DNA from: Nitrospinota bacterium
Lineage (GTDB): Bacteria > Nitrospinota > Nitrospinia > Nitrospinales > VA-1
Reading direction: 5' to 3'
NCBI GenBank assembly: GCA_038108555.1
Contig: JAYNIA010000024.1
Span: 1 to 36,231, forward strand
Length of the DNA stretch: 36,231 bases
The position numbers were made by a program, and so were the translations under genes. Numbering within the stretch: the first letter of the stretch is position 1; each line of letters starts with the position of its first letter. Of this stretch, positions 7,615-18,027 are shown one piece after another. The notes beneath the pieces were generated by a model. That model had not been told where the DNA came from and ran no database searches. It saw only the letters and a program-made list of their open reading frames with translations.

Positions 7615-9653
7615 TTGCCCGGTTTCTACAGTATTTAAATCTTTTAATTTTGACTCTGGTCCTTTGCTCAATTTTGACCGTAGCTGGACTCTATATGTGG
7701 TTGAGCAAAGATCTGCCCCAACTTCCCCAGAGTTTGGAACATATTAACTTAAGTCTACCTACCGAAATATATTCCGCCGATGGGGAAAGAATCAAGGTTC
7801 TGGGGGAAAGGCATCCGGTAAGCTTTGAAGATATCTCCCCCTATTTTTTAAAAGCCATAATTGCAGTTGAAGATTCCAGGTTCTACAGCCACAGCGGCAT
7901 AGATCATCGTGGCCTGATTAGAGCCCTGATTAAGAATGTCCGCACTAAAAAAATTGTTCAGGGTGGAAGTACCATCACTCAACAGTTATCAAAAAACCTG
8001 TTTTTCTCTTTTGAAAGAAACTGGATTCGGAAAATTAAAGAGCTACTCATCGCTTTTCAATTAGAAGTTACTTTTGGAAAAGAGCAGATTCTAGAGGCCT
8101 ATAGTAACCAGATCTATTTTGGAAGTGGTGCCTACGGAGTTGAAGAGGCTTCCCAGATTTACTTTAAAAAAAGAGCTCGGGATTTAACTCTTTTACAGGC
8201 CGCCATGCTCGCAGGGCTTCCAAATTCCCCGAACAATGCGAATCCATTTGTTCATTATGAAAAAGCCATGAAACGGGCTGACTATGTATTGAAACGTATG
8301 GTCAGAGAAGGGTTGATTTCCGGTAGCGAAAGGGAAGAGGCATTAAAATCCATAATTGATCTTGCAAACCCAAAAATTGAATCAGACCCCAATTTCTATT
8401 TTGTGGATGAGGTATTAGCCAAACTCGAAAAGGATTATGGAAAAGAGTTTGTCCATTTTGGGGGGTTAAAGATTTTTACGACTTTGGATACGCGATACCA
8501 GAAATTTGCTTTGAGAGGAGCAGAAAACCATTTAGAGGCTTTGAACGCCAGGTTGAAAAAGCGGCCAGGTATGGGAAAACTCCAGGTAGCCCTCGTGTCA
8601 ATTGAAAATAAGAGCGGTGCTGTAAAAGCTTTGTTAGGGGGGAGAAATTATTCACACAGTCAGTTCAACCGGGCGGTATCTAATAACCGGCTTCCAGGGT
8701 CCTCCTTTAAACCTCTGGTCTATTTTACAGCAATGGAAAGTCTGGGCTATTCACCCGCCACCGTCATAAAAGATGAACCGATAAAAATAGAAATTCCGGG
8801 GACAAAACCCTGGGAACCTCAAAACTTTGATGAAGAGTTTGCGGGAGATATTGTTCTTAAAAAGGCCTTGTTGAAATCCATAAATATTGTTTCCGCCAAA
8901 CTGATGCAAGAGGTTGGGCCGGAAAAAGTCATTCGAACGGCCAGGAAATTTGGAATAAAAAGTCCGCTTGGAAAAAATCTGTCGCTGGCTTTAGGCACAT
9001 CAGGTATGGCCCCATTGGAAATTGCATCCGCCTATAGTGTGATCGCAAACCTTGGAATCTATAATGAACCTTACCTGATTCAACAAATAGAAGACTTTCA
9101 GGGAAATCGACTCTATGAACATTATTACCAGGGGGTGCAACAATTTGCTCCAGATGCTCTATACCCACTTTTGGATATGATGAAAGGCGTGGTCGAAAGA
9201 GGAACGGGAAGAATCGTTAGAAGGATGGGATTCAAACATCCTGCTGCAGGAAAAACGGGGACAACCAACAGTTTCAAAGATGCATGGTTCAATGGATTTA
9301 CTAAAGATATTTCGACATCGGTTTGGGTCGGGTTTGACAATAATGACTCCATGATCGCCAAGTCTGGGAAGGGATTAACGGGTGCAAGTGCTGCGGCTCC
9401 CATTTGGGTTTATTTCATGCAAAAAGCGTTGGAGGGGAAAACCAGGGTAAAGTTTCCTGTTCCGGACAATATTAAATTTGAAACAGTGGATGTTGCAACA
9501 GGGAGATTGCCTGGCGAATTTTCTCTGGAAAAAATTCAGGTTGCTGTCAAGGAAGACGTAGACCTTTCACCTTTGCCCATTGAAGAACCAGAGTTGGAAA
9601 ATGAAAGTGAATTGAATCAGGAGGAAGATAAAATTAAGGCTTCCACCGATTAA
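7611..9653 (+). CDS. Class A penicillin-binding protein (PBP1A family; transglycosylase plus transpeptidase)
   Basis: TM anchor; GT51 motifs EDSRF, GGSTITQQL and RKIKE; transpeptidase motifs SSFK (SxxK), SIN (SxN) and KTG. Confidence 0.95.
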   Translation: MIARFLQYLNLLILTLVLCSILTVAGLYMWLSKDLPQLPQSLEHINLSLPTEIYSADGERIKVLGERHPVSFEDISPYFLKAIIAVEDSRFYSHSGIDHRGLIRALIKNVRTKKIVQGGSTITQQLSKNLFFSFERNWIRKIKELLIAFQLEVTFGKEQILEAYSNQIYFGSGAYGVEEASQIYFKKRARDLTLLQAAMLAGLPNSPNNANPFVHYEKAMKRADYVLKRMVREGLISGSEREEALKSIIDLANPKIESDPNFYFVDEVLAKLEKDYGKEFVHFGGLKIFTTLDTRYQKFALRGAENHLEALNARLKKRPGMGKLQVALVSIENKSGAVKALLGGRNYSHSQFNRAVSNNRLPGSSFKPLVYFTAMESLGYSPATVIKDEPIKIEIPGTKPWEPQNFDEEFAGDIVLKKALLKSINIVSAKLMQEVGPEKVIRTARKFGIKSPLGKNLSLALGTSGMAPLEIASAYSVIANLGIYNEPYLIQQIEDFQGNRLYEHYYQGVQQFAPDALYPLLDMMKGVVERGTGRIVRRMGFKHPAAGKTGTTNSFKDAWFNGFTKDISTSVWVGFDNNDSMIAKSGKGLTGASAAAPIWVYFMQKALEGKTRVKFPVPDNIKFETVDVATGRLPGEFSLEKIQVAVKEDVDLSPLPIEEPELENESELNQEEDKIKASTD

Positions 9654-9662
9654 ATTAAACGA

Positions 9663-11201
9663 ATGTTATATCAAACTTTAAAATTTTATTGTGCCCGATT
9701 TGCGGTCACTTTGTTGCTCATGTTTGGGATGGGGTTTGCAGCTCTATATTTCATTCATGAAGTTGCCCTTCGAAATATTGTCTTTGACGATTTGGCCATC
9801 CAATGGTCCCTATTTCTGGTATGTCTGTTTTTCGGGTTTATAGGCTATGGAATGATGGGGGAACAGAGATTTTTTAATGCGTTACACGACCTAAAAAATA
9901 TATCTCCAAATTCTGTGGTGGAAAGTATTAAATGTAAGTTTGAAAATTTAATTGAGTTTACTTACTCCTCCTATTTTTTGCCCGCTACAGGAAAACGCTA
10001 TAGGAATCTGAGTGTGCTGCAATTTGCAGATTACCTGCTGTCTATTGGCGAAGAAAATCCAAGAGCATTCAATATTTACGTTCAGGCCTTAATTCAAAGT
10101 CCTCAAAACTCCCGTTTTCGAAAGCCTCTTTTATCAATATTGAATCGAGGCGAGGAGTTGAACCAGCAGGAAATGGATCTTCTGTTAATAATGTTTCAAC
10201 AGGAAGAGAAGCATGACCCTATTCTAACGTCCTACTTGGCGAGATTATTTTTAAAGGCGAAACAGTGGTCGGGGCAAACGGAGCCTCTTTTCCTGAGTGC
10301 TTTGGAGGAAAGGAATGAGCTTTCAGAAGAAATCATTAAATTTGTTCTCCCTATATATTTAACCCATCAACGAACGGATGAACGGGCATTGAGGTTTTTT
10401 GTCCGGGCTCTGGATTTTTCCGTCCCTGAAGAAAATCAAATAAGAACCATTTTGGCGCAATCCTATTGTGAGGGGAATCTGGTGGGTGTTGCCCCCGATT
10501 TACATAGGAAGTGTGAAGAGGTGTTTTTAAATTTGGAGCCCAAACAGCAGGAAGAATTAAAATCCAAATCCAATGAAACACGCATTGCTTTTAAGTTGAA
10601 AAAAATAAAACTATTCAGAAAAGAAGATCTGCATGATTTAAAGCAGCTCAAATTGGAAATGGGCCTGATGACCTCAAAATTATCTTTGATTTTGAGGGGA
10701 TTTTTCTGGATTGGAAGGATGCTGGTAAATTTAGGGAAATGGATATTGTTGAAAATTTTAGATGGTGCCTATTTATTTGGAAACCTTCCATTAAAGAAGA
10801 AATTTGTCAGCTTTGTTATTGTTTCAATCCTGGTGGTGGTCGGTGTGGGATTTAAAGATGTATGGTTTCCCACCCATGGACAAAAAGCGGAAGAAATTGT
10901 TGAAAACCCCGCAATCTCGAAAGAACGTGCGGGTGGAAAAAAAGATGACCGGGTTTTTACGGTTCAAATTGCAGCCGTAAATTCAGCGAAGCAGGCCAAT
11001 ATATTGGTGAAAAAATTAAAAAAAAGAAAGATAGAAAATTTATATATTGTTAAGTCCAAGCGCAGGTCAGGGGGGCATTGGTATAAATTGAGGGTGGGAA
11101 AATTTTCATCAAAAGTTCAAGCAAGCGAATTTGCAAACCAACTGGTTGCTGCGAAATTAGTAAAAAACTATTTTATTATTTCCATGCCTAAAAAGAAGTA
11201 G
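9663..11201 (+). CDS. Membrane protein with C-terminal SPOR domain
   Basis: Two N-terminal TM segments, a long helical region, another TM segment, then FTVQIAA...WYKLRVGKFSSKVQA (SPOR signature). Confidence 0.85.
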   Translation: MLYQTLKFYCARFAVTLLLMFGMGFAALYFIHEVALRNIVFDDLAIQWSLFLVCLFFGFIGYGMMGEQRFFNALHDLKNISPNSVVESIKCKFENLIEFTYSSYFLPATGKRYRNLSVLQFADYLLSIGEENPRAFNIYVQALIQSPQNSRFRKPLLSILNRGEELNQQEMDLLLIMFQQEEKHDPILTSYLARLFLKAKQWSGQTEPLFLSALEERNELSEEIIKFVLPIYLTHQRTDERALRFFVRALDFSVPEENQIRTILAQSYCEGNLVGVAPDLHRKCEEVFLNLEPKQQEELKSKSNETRIAFKLKKIKLFRKEDLHDLKQLKLEMGLMTSKLSLILRGFFWIGRMLVNLGKWILLKILDGAYLFGNLPLKKKFVSFVIVSILVVVGVGFKDVWFPTHGQKAEEIVENPAISKERAGGKKDDRVFTVQIAAVNSAKQANILVKKLKKRKIENLYIVKSKRRSGGHWYKLRVGKFSSKVQASEFANQLVAAKLVKNYFIISMPKKK

Positions 11202-11371
11202 AGAGTGGTTTTAGCTTGTTTTCTTCCCTAAAAGATTCATTAGCTATCATTTGCGTTTTGCCTCTCCATGAGATACCCAAAAATTGCTCCACTGTTGAAT
11301 CCAACCCTCTAATCCATCCGTTATAATTTAAGTATACATTTTGTGAATAGTTTTCTTGTCAGGATTTAAAA

Positions 11372-13117
11372 TTGAAGCACCTCAAAACCTTTTTCCCATA
11401 TATTCAAAAATACCGCCGGGAATTTTTCTGGGGCACTTTTGCCTTGATTGTGACCGATGCAATGACGCTTGTTGTCCCTTGGCTGCTCAAGGAGTTTGTG
11501 GATTCGCTTTCCGGTAAGCCAACAGATGGGCAGTTATTGGAATATGTTTTTTTTCTGCTATTAATTTCTTTGGTGTTAATGGTTGGACGTTATGGTTGGC
11601 GAAATTTCTTGTTCACTCTATCTCGAAAGATTGAATTTGATATTTTAAATGATCTTTTTAAGCATCTACTGAGTTTGGATCGGTTGTGGTATCAAAATCA
11701 AAAAACAGGCGATTTAATGTCACGGGCCACCAATGACTTGAGATCAGTCCGGGAATTTTTTGGGTTAGGGTTATTAATTCTAATTGATGCGGTTTTTGTC
11801 ATTGTCATGGCAGTTTCCATGATGGGTTTTATTAATATTGATTTGACTCTTAAAGTCCTTATCCCCCTTCCGTTTATATCGGTTTTGTTTTTCTTTTTTG
11901 TGAAGGAGATTGGGAAAAGGCATAAAGAAGTTCAGGAGCATTTGGCAAAAATTACCGATCGGGTACAGGAAAACCTGTCTGGTATTCGCGTCTTACACGC
12001 CTTTGTTCAGGAAGAATATGAGAAGGAGAGATTTCAAAAATTAAATCTGGATTACATTAAAAAAAATCTCCGCGTTACAAAGGTTTTTGGCGTGTTTACC
12101 CCGACCATGGTTTTTTCAATGGGGATAGCGGGAATGATTTCCCTCTGGATGGGTGGGAAGGCAGTCATTGCTGAAGAAATTACTTTAGGTTCGTTTGTCG
12201 CATTCAATGGCTATTTAATGCTTTTGTCCTGGCCCATGATGGGAATTGGTTATGTGTTTAATCTTACTCAAAAAGGCCTCGTGGGAATGGAAAGAATTAA
12301 CGAGCTTTTTTCAGCCAAAGCGGATATTCAAGATGGCATTTTGGGGGATATTGAAATAAAGGCCAAAGAGGATGTTGAATTCAAAAATATTCTCTTTTCT
12401 TATCCAGGTGAAAAGAAGAATTCTTTGAATGAGGTTAGCCTGAAAGTTTCAGGGGGGCAAACATTGGGAATTGTTGGAGTGATAGGCTCCGGAAAAACGA
12501 CTCTGGTTCAATCCCTATTACGATTTTATGACCCTGATTCCGGAAGTATTTTAATTGGAAATATAAAACTCCCTGAAATTTCTTTAAAAACCCTTCGCGA
12601 ATATATTGGGTACGTGAATCAAGAGCCGTTTTTGTTTTCAACCTCCATTCGAAATAATATTGTCCTTGGAAAAGGGAATGTAACTGATTTGGAAGTGGAA
12701 AAAATCATCAACGCGGTGGGCCTTGAGGAAGACCTTAAAAGGTTTCCTGATCATTTGGATACTTTGATTGGTGAAAAAGGGGTCACATTATCCGGGGGGC
12801 AAAAACAGCGAATTGCTTTAGGGCGGGCATTGTTGAAGAATCCAAAATTATTGATCTTGGATGATTCATTTTCCAATCTTGATTCTGATATGGAAAAAAC
12901 ATTGTTGGAGAATCTTAAAAATTCATATCACAGTACAACCAAGATAATAATTTCCCACCGGCTATCAACGATACTCCATGCAGATAAAATTATTGTTATG
13001 GAAGATGGGACCATTACAGAGCAGGGGACCCATTCCCAATTATTGGAACTAGGCGGGGTTTATTCGAACTTATTTCGTAATCAGGAATTGGCGCGCGAGA
13101 TGGAGATTCTTCTATGA
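11372..13117 (+). CDS. ABC exporter, fused TMD-NBD (MdlA/YheI-like half)
   Basis: TM helices, TGDLMSRATND, Walker A GVIGSGKT, LSGGQ, non-canonical Walker B LILDD, and the H-loop SHR. Confidence 0.93.
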   Translation: MKHLKTFFPYIQKYRREFFWGTFALIVTDAMTLVVPWLLKEFVDSLSGKPTDGQLLEYVFFLLLISLVLMVGRYGWRNFLFTLSRKIEFDILNDLFKHLLSLDRLWYQNQKTGDLMSRATNDLRSVREFFGLGLLILIDAVFVIVMAVSMMGFINIDLTLKVLIPLPFISVLFFFFVKEIGKRHKEVQEHLAKITDRVQENLSGIRVLHAFVQEEYEKERFQKLNLDYIKKNLRVTKVFGVFTPTMVFSMGIAGMISLWMGGKAVIAEEITLGSFVAFNGYLMLLSWPMMGIGYVFNLTQKGLVGMERINELFSAKADIQDGILGDIEIKAKEDVEFKNILFSYPGEKKNSLNEVSLKVSGGQTLGIVGVIGSGKTTLVQSLLRFYDPDSGSILIGNIKLPEISLKTLREYIGYVNQEPFLFSTSIRNNIVLGKGNVTDLEVEKIINAVGLEEDLKRFPDHLDTLIGEKGVTLSGGQKQRIALGRALLKNPKLLILDDSFSNLDSDMEKTLLENLKNSYHSTTKIIISHRLSTILHADKIIVMEDGTITEQGTHSQLLELGGVYSNLFRNQELAREMEILL

Positions 13118-14913
13118 TTAGAAATGGTGAAGATCTTCGAGATCGATATAAAGACTGGATACTATTTAAACGAGTTCTGGTTCATTTAAAACCCTATTCC
13201 CGTCTCGTGGGTCTTGCAATATTTCTTCTTTTTGCAGTTTCGCTTTTAAACTTAACGGGCCCTTATCTCACGAAAATTGTAATTGACGATCATATAAAAG
13301 TAGGCGATTTGAATGGGTTGGATGTCATTGCAGTTATTTATCTGGGAGTTCTGATTCTTTCGTTTCTGTTCCAGTTTTCCCAGACTTACCTCATGCAATA
13401 TATAGGGCAAAAGGTTATGTTTGACCTTCGCTCAAAAGTTTTTGCCCACCTTCATAAAATGTCATTTTCTTATTTCGATAGAAATCCCATTGGCAAAATG
13501 ATTACCCGTGTGGTCGGTGATGTTGAAACGTTAAATGAGATGCTGACTTCCGGGCTCATCCTCATTTTTAGCGATTTATTTACGCTATTTGGAATTTTCT
13601 TCGTAATGCTTTATTTGGATTGGAAGTTAACTCTGGTTGTGTGTGTTGTCCTCCCGTTTTTGGCTTATGCAACGCGGCTTTACCGAATCCGTGCACGTGA
13701 CGCTTTAAGGAAATTTCGTTCACATGTTTCAGAGCTTAATTCGTATTTAGAAGAAAACCTTTCCGGTATGGATACCGTGCAATGTTTTAATCGTGAAAAG
13801 ATAAATCTCGGAGAATTTTTAACCATAAATTCCGAGCGATTGAAAGAAGACTTGAGAACCGTTCGTTACAATGCTTTTTATATGCCCTCCATTGATTTTT
13901 TTAGCTCGCTGGCAATTGGTATGGTGATTTGGTATGGGGGAGGCCGATTTGTGCAAGATGAGATTCAACTTGGAATTTTAGTCGCGTTTATCCAATATTT
14001 GCAGAAGTTTTTCGAGCCTGTCCGGGACCTTGCCGAAAAGTTCAATATTATCCAAACGGCCATGACATCCTCCGAACGGATTTTTGAATTGCTCGATACC
14101 CCCGAACAAATTCCGGAATCTGTTCCCTCTCGAAAAGATTTGACTCTTAAAGGTAATGTCCAATTCAAAAACGTTTGGTTTGCTTATAAAGAAGATCAAT
14201 ATGTTTTAAAAGATTTATCATTTTCCCTGGAAGAGGGGGAGAGCCTTGCCATTGTGGGGGCTACAGGATCGGGAAAATCGACCATTGTCAATGCCCTGTG
14301 CCGTTTCTATGAGATCAATCAGGGGGATATTTTGTTTGATGGACAATCAATAAAAAATATCAATAAATTTGACTTGCGCCGACAGATTGCTCTCGTTCAA
14401 CAGGATGTGTTTCTGTTCTCAGGTAATATTATGGAAAATATTCGGCTGGGGAATGTGCAAATGGGGCAGGAGGAAATTGAATCGATTTCCCAGGCGGTTT
14501 GTTCGCATAATTTTATAAATAATCTTCCTTTTAAATATGAACAGGAACTCAATGAAGGAGGAGGGGATATCTCTTCCGGACAAAGGCAGCTTCTGTCTTT
14601 CGCCCGGGCACTCGCCGCCAAACCTAGAATCCTGGTGCTTGATGAAGCGACTTCCAGTGTGGATATGGAAACAGAGCGTCAAATTCAAAACGGCATAAAG
14701 GAAATAACCTGCGGCCGGACCAGTATCATTATCGCCCACCGGCTATCTACCTTAATGCACGTGGATAAGGTTTTGGTTCTCAGGCAGGGTGAGATTGTTG
14801 AATTTGGAAAGAGAAAAGAACTATTGCAGAAAAGAGGGGTCTTTTATAAACTTTGCCAAACGCAATTAAAATCAGAAAAGTTTGTAACGGGGAGGGATAG
14901 CAATGGAAGCTGA
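13114..14913 (+). CDS. ABC exporter, fused TMD-NBD (MdlB/YheH-like half)
   Basis: Walker A GATGSGKS, degenerate signature ISSGQ, Walker B LVLDE, AHR. ATGA overlap with its partner gene. Confidence 0.93.
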   Translation: MIRNGEDLRDRYKDWILFKRVLVHLKPYSRLVGLAIFLLFAVSLLNLTGPYLTKIVIDDHIKVGDLNGLDVIAVIYLGVLILSFLFQFSQTYLMQYIGQKVMFDLRSKVFAHLHKMSFSYFDRNPIGKMITRVVGDVETLNEMLTSGLILIFSDLFTLFGIFFVMLYLDWKLTLVVCVVLPFLAYATRLYRIRARDALRKFRSHVSELNSYLEENLSGMDTVQCFNREKINLGEFLTINSERLKEDLRTVRYNAFYMPSIDFFSSLAIGMVIWYGGGRFVQDEIQLGILVAFIQYLQKFFEPVRDLAEKFNIIQTAMTSSERIFELLDTPEQIPESVPSRKDLTLKGNVQFKNVWFAYKEDQYVLKDLSFSLEEGESLAIVGATGSGKSTIVNALCRFYEINQGDILFDGQSIKNINKFDLRRQIALVQQDVFLFSGNIMENIRLGNVQMGQEEIESISQAVCSHNFINNLPFKYEQELNEGGGDISSGQRQLLSFARALAAKPRILVLDEATSSVDMETERQIQNGIKEITCGRTSIIIAHRLSTLMHVDKVLVLRQGEIVEFGKRKELLQKRGVFYKLCQTQLKSEKFVTGRDSNGS

Positions 14914-15490
14914 TAAAGAACCCACCCAAAATTATTTTGGGCTTATCAATAATATTCCATTTTTCCGCGAGTTTTCCCAGGAACAAAAAAGGGAAATAGG
15001 TGCATTGAACAACCGGGTAGATGTTTTTGAGCCAAAAGCAACTATTGTGAATGAAGGAGGGGAGGATATTACTGTTTTTGTCCTTCTGAAGGCGGAGGCC
15101 ATTGTTACCCGGAATGATTTGCCAAAAGTTGTTATTAACACGCTATCTATGGGGGCTTTGTTTGGCGAGGTCTCTTTTCTTACTAAGACTCCCCGAACCA
15201 CAAATATCATTGCAAAGACCGAAGCCAAAGTTTTGCGTTTGGATGCTGAAATGTTTTCCAAACTTAAAAGCGAAACACGAGACAAGTTGAAGGATAAATT
15301 TATCGAGGTTCTTGTGAGCCGGATAAGTGAAATGAATTCTGCACTGGTAAAATTAAAAGTGGAGTTAGAAGCCATCAGCCACGCGGCGGCAGATTACCAG
15401 CAGGAATTTGACCGAATATTAAAATCGGGAAAAACAATGAAAGAGGTGTTTGGGGGTATTAATACCACCATTACCGGTTTAATCCGATAG
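14903..15490 (+). CDS. Cyclic-nucleotide-binding domain protein with C-terminal coiled coil
   Basis: IPFFREFS...GALFGEVSFL...PRTTNIIA cNMP motif. No HTH is evident. Confidence 0.85.
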   Translation: MEADKEPTQNYFGLINNIPFFREFSQEQKREIGALNNRVDVFEPKATIVNEGGEDITVFVLLKAEAIVTRNDLPKVVINTLSMGALFGEVSFLTKTPRTTNIIAKTEAKVLRLDAEMFSKLKSETRDKLKDKFIEVLVSRISEMNSALVKLKVELEAISHAAADYQQEFDRILKSGKTMKEVFGGINTTITGLIR

Positions 15491-15501
15491 TTAAAATTGA
15501 A

Positions 15502-15822
15502 TTATTTTTTGAAGGGGATGACCAGTCGATCTACCGGCCGGTTATTTTGTATATGTTCAGAAATAATTTCTTCCATATCTTCTTTAGTACGTGGGGCGTA
15601 CCAGACATCATCAGGATAAACAACCATGGTGGGGCCTTGTGCACATGCATCCAGACATCCCGCTTTGTTGACGCGAACCTTTCCTTTTAATCCCAATTCG
15701 TGAACACGGCCTTTGATCTGGTCCAGTAATTCCAGGGACCCTCTGGAGGCACAACAGCCTCGTTTGTCACCTGATTTCCTTTCGTTAATACAGAGGAAAA
15801 TATGTTTCTGGAAGCGGCCCAT
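15502..15822 (-). CDS. Thioredoxin-like [2Fe-2S] ferredoxin
   Basis: HIFLC...RGCC...AGCLDAC..GP.MVVYPDDVWY pattern of the Aquifex/Clostridium-type 2Fe-2S ferredoxins. Confidence 0.9.
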   Translation of the reverse strand: MGRFQKHIFLCINERKSGDKRGCCASRGSLELLDQIKGRVHELGLKGKVRVNKAGCLDACAQGPTMVVYPDDVWYAPRTKEDMEEIISEHIQNNRPVDRLVIPFKK

Positions 15823-15839
15823 TTTTCTAAATTGGAAGG

Positions 15840-16856
15840 CTAATCTTCTTTGGGAAGCTTGTGGGATGTGTTTTGACTTTCGTAATATTGTTTGAATTGC
15901 CCGAAATTAACGTAGCATCTTTCGCAGCTATCGGGAAATACCGTAACAATCACTCCACTTTCAATTTGGGCCGCGAGTTTGAGCGCTCCCAGCATGGCTG
16001 CAGCGGATGAATGCCCGACGAGAATTCCTTCCTCTTTTTCCAAGGTTTCCACCATATCGTAAGATTCTTCAGTGGCTACACTGATTTTACCCGTCAGTTC
16101 TTCTTCTTTATAGATTCCGGGAACTATGGATGTGGGCATATGCTTGAGTCCTTCCAGTCCATGAAGAGATTCTGCAGGTTCCACTGCATAGCATTGAATG
16201 TCAGGATTGAACTTTCGAAGGCCACGGCTGGTTCCCATAATAGTTCCACCGGTTCCGATTCCTGCCAGAAAGTGGGTGATACGGTTATTGGTTTGTTTCC
16301 AAATTTCCGGCGCGGTGGTTTCGAAATGCGCTTTCCAGTTGGAGTCATTGTTGTACTGGTCTGGCATAAAATATTTATCGGGATCTTTTTCAAAAATTTC
16401 TCGGGCCAGGAGGATGGCACCATCAGAACCCTCAAAAGGGCTGGAGGTTACGATTTCGGCACCGTAAAAATCAGCCATCAGGCCTTTTCGCTCTTTGCAG
16501 ACGTTTGCTGGCATGACCAGTTTCACTTTATACCCTTTAACTTTTCCTATCAGGGCATAGGCAATGCCTGTATTCCCGGAGGTGGAATCGAGAATGATTT
16601 TATCTTTGGTTAATTTTCCAGATTTTTCTCCGTCTTCTATCATTTTTAAAGCCGGACGGGATTTTACCGAACCTCCTGAATTTTTCCATTCGGCCTTGGC
16701 GTAGATATCGACATTTTTGAATTCTTTTCCAATGTTATGGATTCGAATGAGAGGGGTGTTCCCAATAGCGTCTAAAACGGAATTGTCCGTAATGACCGGG
16801 CACGTGGGTGCCTGCACGTCGAAGGGTATCGGAAAACTCAACGGTTTTGATGACAT
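15840..16856 (-). CDS. cysM: PLP-dependent cysteine synthase, CysM-like
   Basis: IGNTPL, GGSVKSRPA (PLP Lys), STSGNTG and GTGGT motifs. It lies next to the sulfur carrier and MoeB genes. Confidence 0.8.
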   Translation of the reverse strand: MSSKPLSFPIPFDVQAPTCPVITDNSVLDAIGNTPLIRIHNIGKEFKNVDIYAKAEWKNSGGSVKSRPALKMIEDGEKSGKLTKDKIILDSTSGNTGIAYALIGKVKGYKVKLVMPANVCKERKGLMADFYGAEIVTSSPFEGSDGAILLAREIFEKDPDKYFMPDQYNNDSNWKAHFETTAPEIWKQTNNRITHFLAGIGTGGTIMGTSRGLRKFNPDIQCYAVEPAESLHGLEGLKHMPTSIVPGIYKEEELTGKISVATEESYDMVETLEKEEGILVGHSSAAAMLGALKLAAQIESGVIVTVFPDSCERCYVNFGQFKQYYESQNTSHKLPKED

Positions 16857-16927
16857 ATTAGAATCTTATAAATTATTAACCCATGGTTAAGAATCTTTAG
16901 TGCCAATGGGTAAGTGTTAAATTATTG

Positions 16928-17734
16928 TCAGCGTGACAAACCACAAAACTCTTCATAATCGATTAATTCTGTTATCGTGGGTTCATCACTGCAGACTGGG
17001 CATTTTGGGTCTCTTTTTAATTTTAACTTTCTGAATTCTGTCTTCAAGGCATCGTATATAAGCAAGGAACCAACCAGAGTTTCACCCTGATTTAGAATCA
17101 GTTTTAACGTTTCGACAACTTGCAGATTGCCAATGATACCGGCTAGGACACCCAGCACGCCTCCTTCCTGACAGTTTGGAACAAGTCCTGGTGGAGGAGG
17201 TTCGGGATATAAGCAACGGTAGCAAGGTCCTTCCTTGGGTTTGAAAACAGTTACCTGACCTTCAAAGCGAAAGATACTTCCATGGATGTTGGTCTTTCCA
17301 GTCAGCACACAGGCATCGTTTATAAGATACCGGGTCGCAAAATTGTCTGTGCCATCTAAAATATAATCATAGCCTTCAAAAAGGCGCATGATATTTTCTG
17401 AGCTTAATTTTTCATTATAGACAGTAACTTTGACATCGGGGTTCAGGGCTTCTATGGTTTTCTTGGCAGACTCGGTTTTGAGCATTCCTATTCGTTCGGT
17501 GTTATGAATGATCTGCCTTTGAAGGTTGCTAAGGTCGACGGTATCAAAATCAATGATCCCCATATTTCCGATACCGGCAGCTGCAAGATAGTAGGCAGCT
17601 GGTGAACCTAACCCGCCAGCCCCTACAAGCAGTACTTTTGATTCCAGCAGCTTGCTTTGACCTTCCCCGCCCACTTCAGGGAGGATGATATGCCGACTGT
17701 ACCGCTCGACCTGCTCGTCTGAGAAATCGTACAT
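16928..17734 (-). CDS. moeB: MoeB/ThiF-family adenylyltransferase (no rhodanese domain)
   Basis: RYSRH, GAGGLG, SNLQRQ, GTDNF, CYRC and CPVC motifs. Confidence 0.92.
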   Translation of the reverse strand: MYDFSDEQVERYSRHIILPEVGGEGQSKLLESKVLLVGAGGLGSPAAYYLAAAGIGNMGIIDFDTVDLSNLQRQIIHNTERIGMLKTESAKKTIEALNPDVKVTVYNEKLSSENIMRLFEGYDYILDGTDNFATRYLINDACVLTGKTNIHGSIFRFEGQVTVFKPKEGPCYRCLYPEPPPPGLVPNCQEGGVLGVLAGIIGNLQVVETLKLILNQGETLVGSLLIYDALKTEFRKLKLKRDPKCPVCSDEPTITELIDYEEFCGLSR

Positions 17735-18015
17735 CAGATGGCCCCACCTGCGATTGCGGGAATAATGGATATTTCATCGCCATCTTTTACAGCCGTTTTT
17801 TCGCCGTCAAGAAAGCGGATGTCATCTTCATTCAGGTATATATTGATGAAACGTCTTGGAGTTCCGTCCTCTTCACAGATGCGTTCTTTGATACCGGCAA
17901 ACTGGGACTCAAGATTATTGAGAATTTCTGTGATATTAGAGCCATCAGCCGATACTTCACTCTTATTGTCGGTCAACTTCATCAATGGTGTCGGTACTCT
18001 TACTTTTACTGCCAT
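17734..18015 (-). CDS. moaD: MoaD/CysO-like ubiquitin-fold sulfur carrier protein
   Basis: VRVPTPL...RFINIYLN.EDIRF-type core, ending IIPAIAGG-AI. Its stop overlaps the moeB ATG by 1 nt. Confidence 0.9.
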   Translation of the reverse strand: MAVKVRVPTPLMKLTDNKSEVSADGSNITEILNNLESQFAGIKERICEEDGTPRRFINIYLNEDDIRFLDGEKTAVKDGDEISIIPAIAGGAI

Positions 18016-18027
18016 ACTTTACTCCTT

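Noticed and set aside
11372..14913. Non-canonical ABC motifs (LILDD, ISSGQ) as signs of decay
   Set aside because: One degenerate ATP site is normal for heterodimeric ABC exporters.
16891..16907. TGGCAC upstream of cysM as a sigma54 promoter
   Set aside because: The -12 position reads ATTCT and lacks the required GC.
16928..18015. MoeB plus ubiquitin-like protein as an anti-phage (CBASS/Bil-type) conjugation system
   Set aside because: No E2, cyclase or effector is present, and the context is cysteine synthases, i.e. sulfur metabolism.
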